A stretch of DNA of 64,000 nucleotides from NCBI GenBank assembly GCA_964019425.1, contig OZ025795.1, forward strand, positions 558,001 to 622,000. The letters are read 5' to 3'. The DNA is from Flectonema sp. DT1601 (Eukaryota). The notes beneath the pieces are model-generated. The model ran no database searches. It had not been told where the DNA came from and saw only the letters and a program-made list of their open reading frames with translations. Shown piece by piece: positions 21,203 through 34,400 of the stretch; positions within the stretch are counted from its first letter, which is position 1, and the number at the start of each line of letters is the position of its first letter. Both the position numbers and the translations under genes were made by a program.

Positions 21203-24200
21203 ATGCTAAGCGTGCCACAACCAAGAAGGCAACGAAGGAATGACAGACGTAGAGGTCGGTTTGATATTCCAACTGCGATCCTTGCGGTGGTAGTTATTCT
21301 ACTTATTGGCTACAGTGTTAGGGGTTTTGATATTGAAGTCGAAAAGAGTTATAGAAACCAAAAAAAAGAGGGAAGAGACGAACTTCTATCGCGCGTGAGA
21401 GAGCACATCTCACAAAAAGAGTCTGCCAAAGCCAAGGGCGAAGAGCTCGCAGCTGAACAAAGACGAAGACGTCAGCAGTCGGGTGATGAATTAGTCGAGG
21501 ATCTTCAATTGCTTGTTATCAACGCTGCTGAGATTTCATCTGTCCCTCAAACAGGATGGTCAGATACGTCAATTTATTCAAAGCAATTGCCTCCAATGGA
21601 AACATCAATCTATTCTATATTCTCTCATCAACATTATGATGTCGTGAGGTATTATTTAAGGAATCATCCAAACATTACTACTCAACAACAACAAATATAT
21701 GAACTTGACGACATATTTAGTTCTTTAACAACAGTTGAAAACTTTATAGAGATCCTACCAAAGTATTCAGGGATTCCTGAAAACATTAACAATAGGTTTT
21801 ATCGTCCATCTGCAGCAACCTGTTATGAAGGGTTAATGAATGTTTCTGTAGCTGATTGGTTCGATTCCTGGTGTGATTATGTTTTTGTTAACCAACATTC
21901 AAGTATACCTGTCATCCTTTCAATCGATAATGACGTCAGAGACGACGGGTATATTGGAATTCCTATCTTACTAGGAGCCGTTTACGACGCTTTGCTAACC
22001 CACTCGACCTCAGCTGAATCGGAAATGAAGCGTTTACAAAGTTGCAGTGCGTTAAAATACACTGGAGCTGATAAGTTATTTGATGCTTTGATGCAACTTC
22101 CAGGGAAGTCCAGCCATAATTATGATTTAATTGTGGTTCAGAATCCTCCTCCTGATTTGGTGAAACGGTTTAATAATTATAAAACACTGCATCAATCTCT
22201 TCTGACATCTGTTTTAAACATAAGTAGGTATGAAGTATTATCAAGAGATGGACATTCAATGGCTCCAGCTTTGTTGGTTAATAGAGAAACAGTTTTATGT
22301 ACTCTTCCTGATGATCAACCAGAGTCTGAACAGGCTGTCACGGTCATCGGATCTTCAACTCAAATTGATAGGGGGGTTGATCTCAGTTTTAAAATTCTAA
22401 TTTATTCAGATATGTTGAAGCCTTGTGAGTCAATTTTATATAAATCCCTTTCTGGTACTCCTCATCGAAGAGTTGTGTTGGTTTATCAATCTTCTGTTTG
22501 GTATTACAAATCTGATTTTGTTTCTAAAAAACTTCAATGGATGGCTGCTGCATATAACAGCAAAGCATCACCACTACCAGGTCTTGGTCATGGAGCAATC
22601 AGACACATATTACAGACGTCGAGTATTCTTTCATCTCAGGATATATTACGAACAGATTGGGTAGGTAAGATGCTTACATTGAAAACAGAAAAACCCGTCG
22701 CATCACCAAAACTTTTAAATATCGCGAAATCAAAACTGATTCCCCATCTCGACGTTGAAGTTGATGAAGTGGTTGAGGAAGAACCGAAGTTTAAAAAAAA
22801 ACATCGTCCTCATGAATGTATCTCCGCGTTGTCTTTATCAACTCAATATCTGAGAATATGCGGTGCGCATGACGGTCGCACCAATGGAAAAACCCTTGGA
22901 ATTACAATAGAGAAAAAGACCTCCGTAGCATCAGAGCCGTGGTTGTTTATTGGAGTCATTGATGGTTTTCAAATAGGTGATTTTACAAATTTAAAAAAGT
23001 ATCCTTTTACATCAATTAAGATAGGTGATGATGATTCAATTATCGCTCTCTCTGAAGACACAAAACTTAATTGTCAATTCACTGCTATCGTAAAGTATTC
23101 GGGTGTTGCGACTGAAGGACTGGAAGCATTTAATATTACGGTTCAAGGACTATTTCATAATACTATTTTACTAAGTAACGAAAATATATTTAAAAGTGAT
23201 CTACCACAGCCTGTTGCTGGTAACAGTCCTTTAACAGAACTTGAATTATCGATCACGTTTGATCCTGATGCGGGTGGAAGCAATCCGAGGGCTTATGATT
23301 TTAGATGGGACTCTCCAACTCCATACGAAGATAGTATGAAATCGCCTGTCTTATCTGTGTCATCGAGAGGGTTAGGAATGTCTTTGGTTAGTGATATTAA
23401 TTTAATAAAAAAACAACATCGTTCTCAAACTTGGTCTATTCCGAACTCTTTGTACCTTCGATCTGGAGCCGCAGCACGAAACTCATCATCGAGAATAGTA
23501 TCGTCACTCGATTCACTTCCAGCTATTTTAAATGCCGGTATGAGATGTCGACCTGGTAACCAAAACAAGCGATTGTTGTATTCACCTCCTCCACATACGG
23601 GAAATCCACTTTTTAGATTATTCTTATTCGTTGGTACTGATAGAGGAGGGGAACTCGCTGCATACACAAGTAGCTTTGTGTGGTTACGATTTGCTAAGCA
23701 ACATCAGCAATTGACAACACCGTTACCACAGGTCATCCCTTACACTGAATTACATAACATTGTCTTTAGTATTCCTGAGAATAAAAATGATGAAATTGAG
23801 TATGGAATAGCGTTATTGTATTGTGGTCAGAGTGTTGAGACTATGAAATATTCAATTGAGGGGGTCAGGTTATTGAAGTATTCATTGTGGTTGTCTGATG
23901 ACACTACAGAACATGAGGAACAGCATCCGAATAGAATTTCTGTAAAACCAACAGTCTGTGAGTTGTTATCTCATTCGTCGTCTTCAAAAATTCTTCGTCA
24001 TATTTATTATTTATACAAACTTGAAATAAATAGTGAAATTTTGAATTCTATCGACTCAGATTTGTTTAAAAGATTAAAATTGTCTGAAAAACAATTTGAA
24101 TGTATTCTCTCTTCATTACAAAAAGATGAATATTCTTTTAACCCATACGGAGCAGCACTTGTTACGCTATTCGCTTTGAATGAGAAATCAGATCAAAGAA

Positions 24201-25142
24201 TTGTTGAAATTTGTATTTCTTTCGGTCATACCTCCATTAAGAAATACTTATACTCGGGAGTTAGAAAACCTAATTTGATAAATCATCAGAGCGGATCAAG
24301 TTCAGTAGAGACAGAAGATCTAACAGCTGTAGCCGCTCAATTAATTCTTCTTTATAAACTAACGCAATCAACAGAATGGTTGGATCCCTTGAAATTCGCT
24401 ATTTCTCAACTGAGTCTTATTCAGCAGTGTTGGTCACCCCCACGAATTCTTTGCTGTCGAGGTAATTTCTTTGGTGGTTTCACAACAAATAGTCAAGACC
24501 CTTCATGGAGTATTGACAGTAGTGTACCGGTTATAACCTTAGCAGATTATTATCTTTTTACTGGAAATGTTGAGTACTTAGAAAGAGCAATTGCGGCTGC
24601 TAGAGCTGCCTGGACGTTTATGGAACATCCGATTATGAGGTCATCCAACCAGACCTTTGCTAATAAAGTTCTACCAGGATTCTATCCTGTCAACATGCTT
24701 CGATCAGGTTGGGAAGATCCTTGGTACACTTCTGCGTTTGATCTTCAAGGAAATCGCGCAGCTATCGCATCAGCCTATATTCTGAGGCAGTTTGGAAATG
24801 TTTGGGTATGGATTTGTTTATTTTATGTAAAAAGTGTTAACACTTTACATAAGACAAAAAAAAAAAAAAACCAAAAAACAGATCGATCTCGCATCACGTA
24901 AAGTCTATGCTATCGATGCTCTCAGTATTACTGTGAAATGGTCACCTAGTCGATTGGTTATTGGTGTAGAAAATCCACCGTCACAAAGAAAAAATCTTCG
25001 TTCGTTTCGAGTTAAGTTTGGATTTGAAGATCAGAATGAAGTCCCTAAAAATATTATAATCAACGGAGCTGATCTTTCGAATATCGGAAAAGAGATGAGA
25101 GCAGCAGGTGCAACTGTTCGGATAGGCGTAATATCGGAATGA
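21203..25142 (+). CDS. Type II membrane protein (~1290 aa) with C-terminal six-hairpin glycosidase-like region; two exons, 21203-24805 and 24882-25142
   Basis: Basic N-tail plus TM helix (TAILAVVVILLIGYSV). LILLYKLTQSTEWL and LADYYLFTGNVEYLERAIAA are (alpha/alpha)6-type repeats. A phase-0 intron joins FGNVW to IDLASRKVYAID in the downstream ORF frame. Confidence 0.65.
24806..24881 (+). other. Predicted cis-spliced intron (76 nt, phase 0)
   Basis: GTATGG donor and A-rich CCAAAAAACAG acceptor. Removing it fuses two overlapping ORFs and eliminates a poly-Lys artefact. Confidence 0.85.
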
Positions 25143-25465
25143 AAAAAAAGAAGTTTCTTATTAACACATTGTTACTATTCTCACTATTATACACGTACGC
25201 CCTGGTTTTAGTTCTGTGAATCTATGTTCCCTCTTAGGAGAACCTTTCCTCTTGATCAAAACTAACCGGTCAGGTACTTTCTGGTAATTCGATCAAGTTA
25301 CGTTACAGGACTGCGTTTGAAAAAAACATATTTAAATCCTTTGATCATCATACGGGTTACTAGTTTTAAACTGACTGCAAGAATCCTAAAAAGGTAATAA
25401 ACAAAAATACTATTTATTTATATTATTTCACTTTTTTCTTATCAGGGAGAGGGGTGCTCTGTAAT

Positions 25466-28400
25466 ATGAGTTTTCTCGATAGAGATATCGCTGACTTGGT
25501 AGCTCCGATCCCAGAAGACGTTCTTGAAGGAAAAACTGGACGTGAAAAGGTTGAAACCGAAAAGGGCTACAGAGCCTATGTAAGGTTAAAAAACCAAGAA
25601 GAGCATTTGAGTGAGCAAGCATACTTGAAAACTGCAAAAGCTGAGCAGTACATCCCACGACCTCCGAGAAGAGTTCCAGCTGTTCAGTCAACGCAACCAG
25701 TTAGAATTAATATCCCGGGAGTTCTGAAAGGGATGAAATCAAAAACAGGATCAACAAACTCAAGCAATCAGCGCATAGCTCAACGGCTTACTCGCGGATA
25801 CGAAGGTGGGAAAGCATCTCCAAAATCAAATCAAGACACCATCACTTTAAACGAAACATCTGAGACGGAAGTAAACAACAACACAAAAAGCACATTATTA
25901 ACTGCGACCTCATCATCATCAAAGAGGAAAGAGATTCCAAACAAAGCGAAGTCACCAACAGAATCGATAGCCTGTCTGTACACACCGAGTGCTAATATTA
26001 GAAGTCAGACTAGAAATGATAAAATAGCTTGTCCTAGTTTTACAAAGTCTTATAGAAATACTGTACCACCACCACTACCAGGACCTGATATGTCTCTGGA
26101 CTGTAAGGGAATGAAAGGAATTGATCCTTTGGAGAGTCACTTTCTACCTTTGGAAGAATTTGATAACTCTGAACTAGAACCTTGTAATCCTGAAGATTGG
26201 ATCATAATGGGAAGAGTTGATGGTTGTGAAGGAACACCAGCAACATCAAGATACTACAACCAAAATACCAACACTGAAGGAGAATGGAAATCATGCAAAG
26301 TCCTCGACTACAACACTGAAGAAGATACTTACTTTGTTGACTGGGGTAATGATGGTAAACGAAAATGGGTCAAACGATTAAATCTCATATTCGATTCTGA
26401 AGACAAAGACCAATGGAATGAACGCTACAACCAGGCATGTCGATTACGTGATCAGGCTGAAGCACAAACAAGACTTCACTTATTCGTAACTGGAATGCCT
26501 GATGAGTGGATTACACCAATTAATGAGGAACAAGTCGATCGGATTTTGTCGTTAGTCGCATCTGAATTCCCAGTAGCCCACCTCAGTGTGATTGAAAAAT
26601 CGATAAAAGAGATGCGAGAAACGTATTCATTCGGTTTGAAGAACGCTGTCTTTAATTACAAGTTTAGAGATCCTAAAGAAGGACGTCGGTTAGAATTTTT
26701 AAACCTCCCGACTGTTGATGAGCCAAAGATACCTGAACTTAATCTCCTTCTAGGAACGGTTGAAACACCATCACCAAATTATCTTTATTCTCGTAACTAT
26801 ATTGAAGAGAATTTATTCTTTACTCATCACCTGTTGTACGGAACCATCTTTTCAATTATTGGAAGATGGGGTCAGTTCAGCTCAAGTTTACTTTGTGATG
26901 TTGCAATGAAAGGAATAACACTTCCGTGTGAGTTAGAAGAGTTTAAAAACCGTCAAAGTACAACCGTCTCAAAGGCATCAGAACGACTCCAAGACGACTG
27001 GAGTGTAAATACAACAGCTACAATACTTAATGACCTCGATGATCATTTCAATTTCTACGAAGACGACGCTGAGAGGTACAGAAACAGTAGAATGTGTCGT
27101 TTTTTCCGAATGATAAATTTAATTATGTCGTACCAGTTGAGGGCTCTTATCTTACAGTCGATATCTTCTTATACAGAATTCCTTGTCCAGTATCGTGTTA
27201 ATCTCCCAGAAACTTACCAAGACGACGACGACCTCCTCGACGAAGAGCCATCGGATAAGGCCGAACGTGAGAGAAAACTCGCTTTTTTTGCTTCTAAAGA
27301 AGAAGCACTTCAGAAAGAAACTGATCAGCCTCCTGCTGATGACAAATCAAAGCAAGCGAAGACTGGAAAATCAGAAGAAGAAGAAGAACAACAAGCTGAA
27401 GAAATGGAAAAACCGACTCAAAACCAAACAGCTCAGGCGGATGTTTGTCTCATAAGACTTTCTTTAGAAATTGATGAAGAAAAAGAACAACGCGGATTCA
27501 ATGAAAGAATTTTAAATATTTGTAGAGAAGTCAACGGAAACCAACCTCTCTTTGTTGTAAAACTGATATCAAACTCTGATGCTGTAATTTATGATCCTCT
27601 CCTTGAAGAAGTAGAAGATGCAGTAAAAAGTGTTTACGAGGGTTTCTTTAACGAGACACAAGACATTCTTGGCGTTGGTGATAAACTTTTCCCCCTTTTA
27701 AATTTAAAACCGTTCGAACTCGCGTCGGTGTCGAGATCGGAGCTTCCGGTTGATTTAATCCATCGGCTGATGTCTGAAAATAAAAAAGGACCGAAACAAT
27801 TATTATCCTTATACGAAACTTTTGAATATTTATTAAAAATTGACATCGATATCTTTATAGAGGAGTTTGAAGCAACCAATCCAACGCTTTTAGACTTTGA
27901 AGGTCAGCTTGAACAACTACAAATAGACATCGATAGAATCCAACGACGATCTCTAAATGAAGTTTCCTTCGAACTCATAAAAGTTGAATGTTATGACATA
28001 AAAAGATCTCTGATTAGAAAAACTCAGGACATTGCAACTGCTTTGCAACAACTTCTTGGAAAGCAAACTCGAAATAAGTGTCAACGTTGTTCTGAAGAAT
28101 ACAGTCAAACCTACTTAGCAATCCAAGCTCCAGTCGAAACACCCGAAGAGCTTCACACACTAAAACTTGAAGCTGATAAGGTTCCTTTAAAAGTTGATAA
28201 ACTAAAACATGTTTTCGCGACTGTTACGGATGCAAATTTCCTCCTGGCAAAACATGGATTCTCAGTAGATGATAACGACTTTGAGTTGTATTGGAAAACA
28301 TACGGATGGCCTAAAAAGGTTCAACAAGTCCTCGAAGATAGCGAATTCAAATACAAAGAAAACCGTCACCGATTTATCAACCAACTACGAGAAGATACTG

Positions 28401-31400
28401 AAGACTTAACACGTGAAGTTCAGGAACTTCAAACACAAGTCGATAAGTGCAGCAGATGGTCAGCAGAGAATCAACTCGAAGAGTACTTTGTTCAGGTTCA
28501 AAAACTACGATCTCAAATAGACGAATGTGGTGATAAAATGCAGAAATACAACAACAGAGAAGACCTTTTTAACATGCCAAACACCCCATGGCATATTAAA
28601 GAACTTCGATCTTCTTTTGAACCCTACGAACAACTCTGGACCATTGTTAACCTGGTGTCGTCAAGGTTTGAATTATGGAACATGCGTCCTTTTGAAAATC
28701 TTCAACCGGATGAAGTTGAAACAAGTGTCTTACAATGGGGAAAAACTCTCCAACAGTTAACAAGAAAACTAAAAGATGAGGGACCTCTTCAAATTGCTAC
28801 GAAGTTTTACGAACAAGTGAAGGCATTTCAACCACTGTTACCATTAATTCATGCATTACGTCATCCTGGTCTACAAGCTAAACATTGGCGTGAAATAGCT
28901 GCTATGGTCGGAAAGCAAGAGAGAGACTTGAAACCCATGGAACAAGATAAATTTACTTTGAGACACTTGACTACTAATTTTGATCTCTTAACTCATCTAA
29001 ACAAGATTGAGGAAGTAAGTGACAGAGCTGAGAAACAACACAAACTTGATAAGCAACTCGCTGATATGAAAGCCGAATGGACTCATGTTCAGTATCAACT
29101 TGAGCCACACGGAGAGACGTTCGTTCTAAAAGAAGTCGATGACATCCAAGCGAAGTTAGATGATCATATTGTTAAGACTCAAACAATGCTTGGATCGCAA
29201 CATGCTAAGGAAATCAAAGAACAAGTTGAGCGATGGGAAAAACGACTTCTTCTCCTTCAATCAATTCAAGACGAGTGGCTTAAATGTCAACAATCCTGGG
29301 CTTACCTGGATCCTATCTTTTCTGCCTCTGACATTCAACGAGCTCTTCCTGGAGCATATCAATCATTCTCTAAAGTTGATAAAGTCTGGGGTGAAGTAAT
29401 GGAATCAACAAAGAAGAATCCTTCTGTTTTAATAAAAGCTGAAGACGAAGATCTACTTCGAAGGTTTCAAAAAGCAAACGGACTTTTGGAAGAAATTTTA
29501 AAAAAGTTATACGACTTCTTAGAGACGAAGAGAATGACTTTCCCGAGGTTCTATTTCATATCAAACGATGCTTTGTTAGAAATCTTATCAGAATCACAAG
29601 AACCGACCAGAGTACAGAAATACCTTTCAAAGTGTTTTGAGGGAGTTAAGGAACTTCGATTTCGAGAAAACTTAGACATCGATATGATGATGTCACCGGA
29701 GGGGGAAAAAGTTCATTTTGTAAAATCATTAAACCCTTCAGACTGTAACAGTCAAGTTGAACTTTGGTTAGCAAAAGTTGAAGAAACAATGCAAGAATCG
29801 ATAAGAGATCACTTAAGAAGATCAATCGACGACTACATTACAAAAACAGCTGACGGAAACGAACGCGAAGGACGAGTCAAATGGATTCTTGAATGGCCTG
29901 GACAAGTAGTTCTCGCTATCAGTTGTTTGTACTGGACTCGAGAAACAGAAGAAGCCTTGATAACAGATGGTAATTCAGGACTTCATAAATATGCACTTCG
30001 ATGTGATGAACAAAAACAAGATTTAGTAAATTGCGTCAGAGGAAAGCTCTCAAGAGTTGAAAGAGCAACAATTCAAGCTTTACTTGTAATTGAAGTACAC
30101 AACCAAGTCATCACTAATGAAATAAGAGATAAAGGAGTCTCTGAGGTTAATACTTTTGATTGGCAGGCTCAACTTCGATACTATTGGGAAGACTCTCATC
30201 TTTGGGTAAAACAAACCAACGCTATACTTCCATACGGATATGAATACCTCGGAAATACTGGTAGACTCGTAATCACTCCCCTCACTGACAGATGCTACAG
30301 AACTTTAACTGGTGCTCTTCACTTGAATTACGGAGGCGCTCCTGAAGGACCTGCTGGAACAGGAAAAACAGAAACAGTAAAAGATCTCTCAAAAGCTTTA
30401 GCAAAGCATTGCGTTGTTTATAATTGTAGTGATCAGTGTGATTATAAAATGATGGGTGCACTTTTTAAAGGTTTGGCTCAGGCTGGGTCTTGGGCATGTC
30501 TTGACGAGTTCAACCGAATTGAAATCCAAGTCCTCTCTGTTATCGCTCAACAAATAGCAACAATTCAAACAGCAGTTGCTGAAGGTAGAGTCGGAGGGGA
30601 ATTTACCTTTGAATCTGTTAGTATTAAACTCAGACACGGATCATCAGTATTCATTACCATGAATCCTGGATACGCTGGAAGAGCTGAATTACCCGATAAT
30701 TTAAAAGCATTGTTTAGACCGGTCGCTATGATGGTTCCCGACTATCGTTTAATCGGAGAAATATCTTTATTCTCATGTGGATTTTTAGAAGCCTCTGCTC
30801 TCAGTACGAAAATTGTGACGACATACAAACTTTGTTCTGAATCTCTGTCTTCACAATCTCACTATGATTATGGTATGAGAGCCGTAAAAACTGTTTTAAA
30901 CGCTGCGGGTAGACTAAAACAACAATACCCCGACGACAATGAAGCAATTTTAATTCTCAGATCGATTAAAGATGTGAATTTACCAAAATTCTTAGCACAA
31001 GATGTTCCTTTGTTTCAAAACATTCTGGGAGACCTATTCCCAGGAGTAGTATTGGAACCTCCAGACTATGAAGACTACACGAAAGCAATCTTTGCGGCAT
31101 GTGACGGATACAACTTACAATGCACTGACTACTTTAAATGTAAAGTCTTCGAGTGTATGGAAATGATTAATGTTCGTCACGGTCTTATGGTGGTCGGATA
31201 TTCACTCGGAGGTAAATCACAAATTTTAAAAGTCTTGGCACACTCAAACACATCACTACACGCACAAGGACTTCCCAAGGTTAAACCAGAAAATAAAACT
31301 CACATATACGCGATAAATCCTAAAGCTATTACAATGGGTCAGTTGTATGGTCAAATGGACATGTCAGGTGATTGGAATGATGGAATCTTAGCGAGGACGT

Positions 31401-34400
31401 TTAGAACATTAGCTGAGCAGACCACACCTGATAGAAAATGGATCGTATTAGACGGTCCTGTTGACGCTATTTGGATTGAGAATATGAATACCGTTTTGGA
31501 TGACAACAAAAAGCTTTGTCTCGTTAATGGAGATATCATCAGTATGGCAGACACTATGAATATGATATTCGAAGTACAAGATTTACTAGTGGCCTCACCA
31601 GCAACTGTTAGCAGATGTGGAATGATCTACGTCGAACCTGAAACCTTAGGATGGGTTTGTTTATTTAAATCATGGATGAACACTCTCCCAGAAGGTCTTT
31701 GTGAAAATACCGAAGCAAAACAAACAATGACTACTCTGGTTGAGAGCTTCGTTGATCAGGCTCTCTACTTTGTAAAACATAACTGTAAAAGACTTGTTTC
31801 AATGTCTGACAGTTGTCTCCTTGTTCAACTACTAAAGCTGTGGTATGCCTCATTTTCAGACTTCAGAGAAGATGAAAACACCGGTAAGAAACCTTACCTC
31901 AAGTTTGATGAGTCAGAAATTCAAAAACAATTAGAGGGATGGTTTATATTTGCTGTCACCTGGAGTATTGGTGGGTCTCTTGATCTGAAGGGTAGAATCT
32001 CTTTTGATAAATGGTTCAAAGAAGAACTCGGAGTCGATGAAGAAAAAAAGAAGAAAAAAGAAAAGAAAACCGACGGAGACAAGGAAAGCTACAAATTCGC
32101 AATTCAAATTCCAGACAAACGAACGCTGTTTGATTTTGTATTTGTTAATGATGGGCTTCGATTTGTTGATTGGTTGGACACGTTATCCGAATTTAAGATT
32201 CCTGAAGAAGCTCACTACCACCAATTGATAATACCGACCACAGATACTGCAAGATACTCATACCTTCTACGTCTAGGAATTGATAATAATCTCCCTATAT
32301 TATTCGTAGGAGACACTGGAACAGGTAAAACAATTCTTGTTAAAGACATGTTAACAAATGTCATTGATAAAGATCAATTTCAGTCTCTCTGCGTTCAGTT
32401 CAGTGCGCAGACTACTGCTAATCAAGTTCAAGGAATCATCGACAGCAAAGTAGACAAAAGAAGAAAAGGTGTCTACGGACCTCCAATAGGAAAACGAATG
32501 TGTATATTTATTGATGACTTAAACATGCCACAACAAGAAGAATATGGAGCCCAACCCCCGATTGAAATCCTCAGACAATGGATGGACTACAATGGTTGGT
32601 ATGAACATAAGAAAGACAGCGTTGATTTCAGAGAGCTTCAAGACGTTCTATTTCTTGGAGCGATGGGTCCCGCTGGAGGAGGTCGCTCTGAAATATCTCA
32701 AAGATTACAACGTCACTACAATACGATATCATTCCCTCCATTTGATGATTACACGATGAAAAAAATATTTACAACTTTAGCGGAATGGATTGTTACCAGA
32801 CCAGGATTTAGTCCAGTTCTACATGGTGTTGTTGGAGGGATTGTTCAGGCATCTGTAGATGTCTATAATACGATTTGTGATAAATTACTTCCAACACCTG
32901 AAAAGAGTCACTACACATTTAATTTACGAGACATTAGTAAAGTTTTTCAGGGAATCAGTTTAGGAAGCCCTCAGAGAGTTAAAGACGCTACTGAACTTCA
33001 ACGTCTTTGGGTTCATGAATGCTACAGAGTATTTCATGATAGACTTGTTGTTGAAGAGGATAGGCAATGGTTTAAATCACTTATTGCAACAACTCTAAAG
33101 TCAACATTTAAAACTGAATTTGATCAAATCATCCCGTCACTTCCTTTAGTTTATGCTGATTTTATGCAACAGAACATCGACGACCGAATCTATGAAGAAA
33201 TATCTGATCTTGAAAGCGCAAGAAAACAACTCCAGGACTATCTCTCTCTTTATAATCATACGGCAAAGAAACAGATGGACTTAGTTGTGTTTACTTACGT
33301 ATTGGAACATGTTGCTCGGATAAGCAGAGTTATTAAATTACCATTTGGTCATTGTCTGTTAATTGGTGTTGGTGGTTCTGGAAGACAATCATGTACCAGA
33401 CTAGCAGCTCACATAGCTGAATATAAATGTGTTCAACCTCAAGTTACTAAAGGATTCAACAGAGTTGATTGGTTAGATAATTTAAGGATATTTCTAAAGG
33501 GTGCTGGAATCAAGTCTGAAAGTACAGTTTATCTTTTGTCTGATACTCAAATTGTCGAAGAAGAATTCTTAGAAGATGTTTGCAACGTTCTAAACACCGG
33601 AGAGGTTCCATCTTTAATGCAACCAGAAGACATCGATGCTATATATGAAGCTCTTCGTCAACAAGCTCGTGATGCAGGTTTTGAATGGCACACGAGAGAA
33701 CATGTTTTTAGATATTTTGTTGAGAGATGTCGTTGTCTTTGTCATATTGTGATGGCTTTCTCACCTGTTGGATCGACATTGCGAACTAGACTTAGAAAGT
33801 TTCCATCACTGGTTAACTGTTCAACTATTGATTGGTTTACTGAATGGCCTAAAGAAGGCTTAGCAACAGTTGCTTCAACTGTTTTAGATGAAATTCAAAT
33901 TCCTGAAGATCAACGTACTGCACTTGTCCGTTGCTGTGTTCGCATGCAATCTGACACTGCAGTGATGTGCGCTAAGTATCTTGAAGAAGCTCGCATGCAT
34001 TGCTATGTCACACCAACATCATACTTAGAATTATTATCGACATTCAAGAGTTTATTATCTAAAATGACTTCAGGAATAAGTGGATCAAAACATAGATACG
34101 ATCACGGACTTGATACGTTAAAAAGAACTGAAGAAGAAGTCGAAGACAAACAACAGGCTTTAGAACTTTTAAAACCTCATTTGAAAACAACGATGGCTGA
34201 AACACAAGAAGCTGAAGTTGAAATCGCCAGAGAGAAAGAAGAAGCCGGTGAGATTAGAAAAGTTGTGGCTCAAGAAGAAGAAGAAACATCAAAGAAAGAA
34301 TCAGAAGCAAGATCTATTGAAGAACATTGTCAAACTGAACTAAGTGAAGCTTTACCCGCTCTTCATAAAGCAATGGAAGCCGTTAGAAATATTGATAAGG

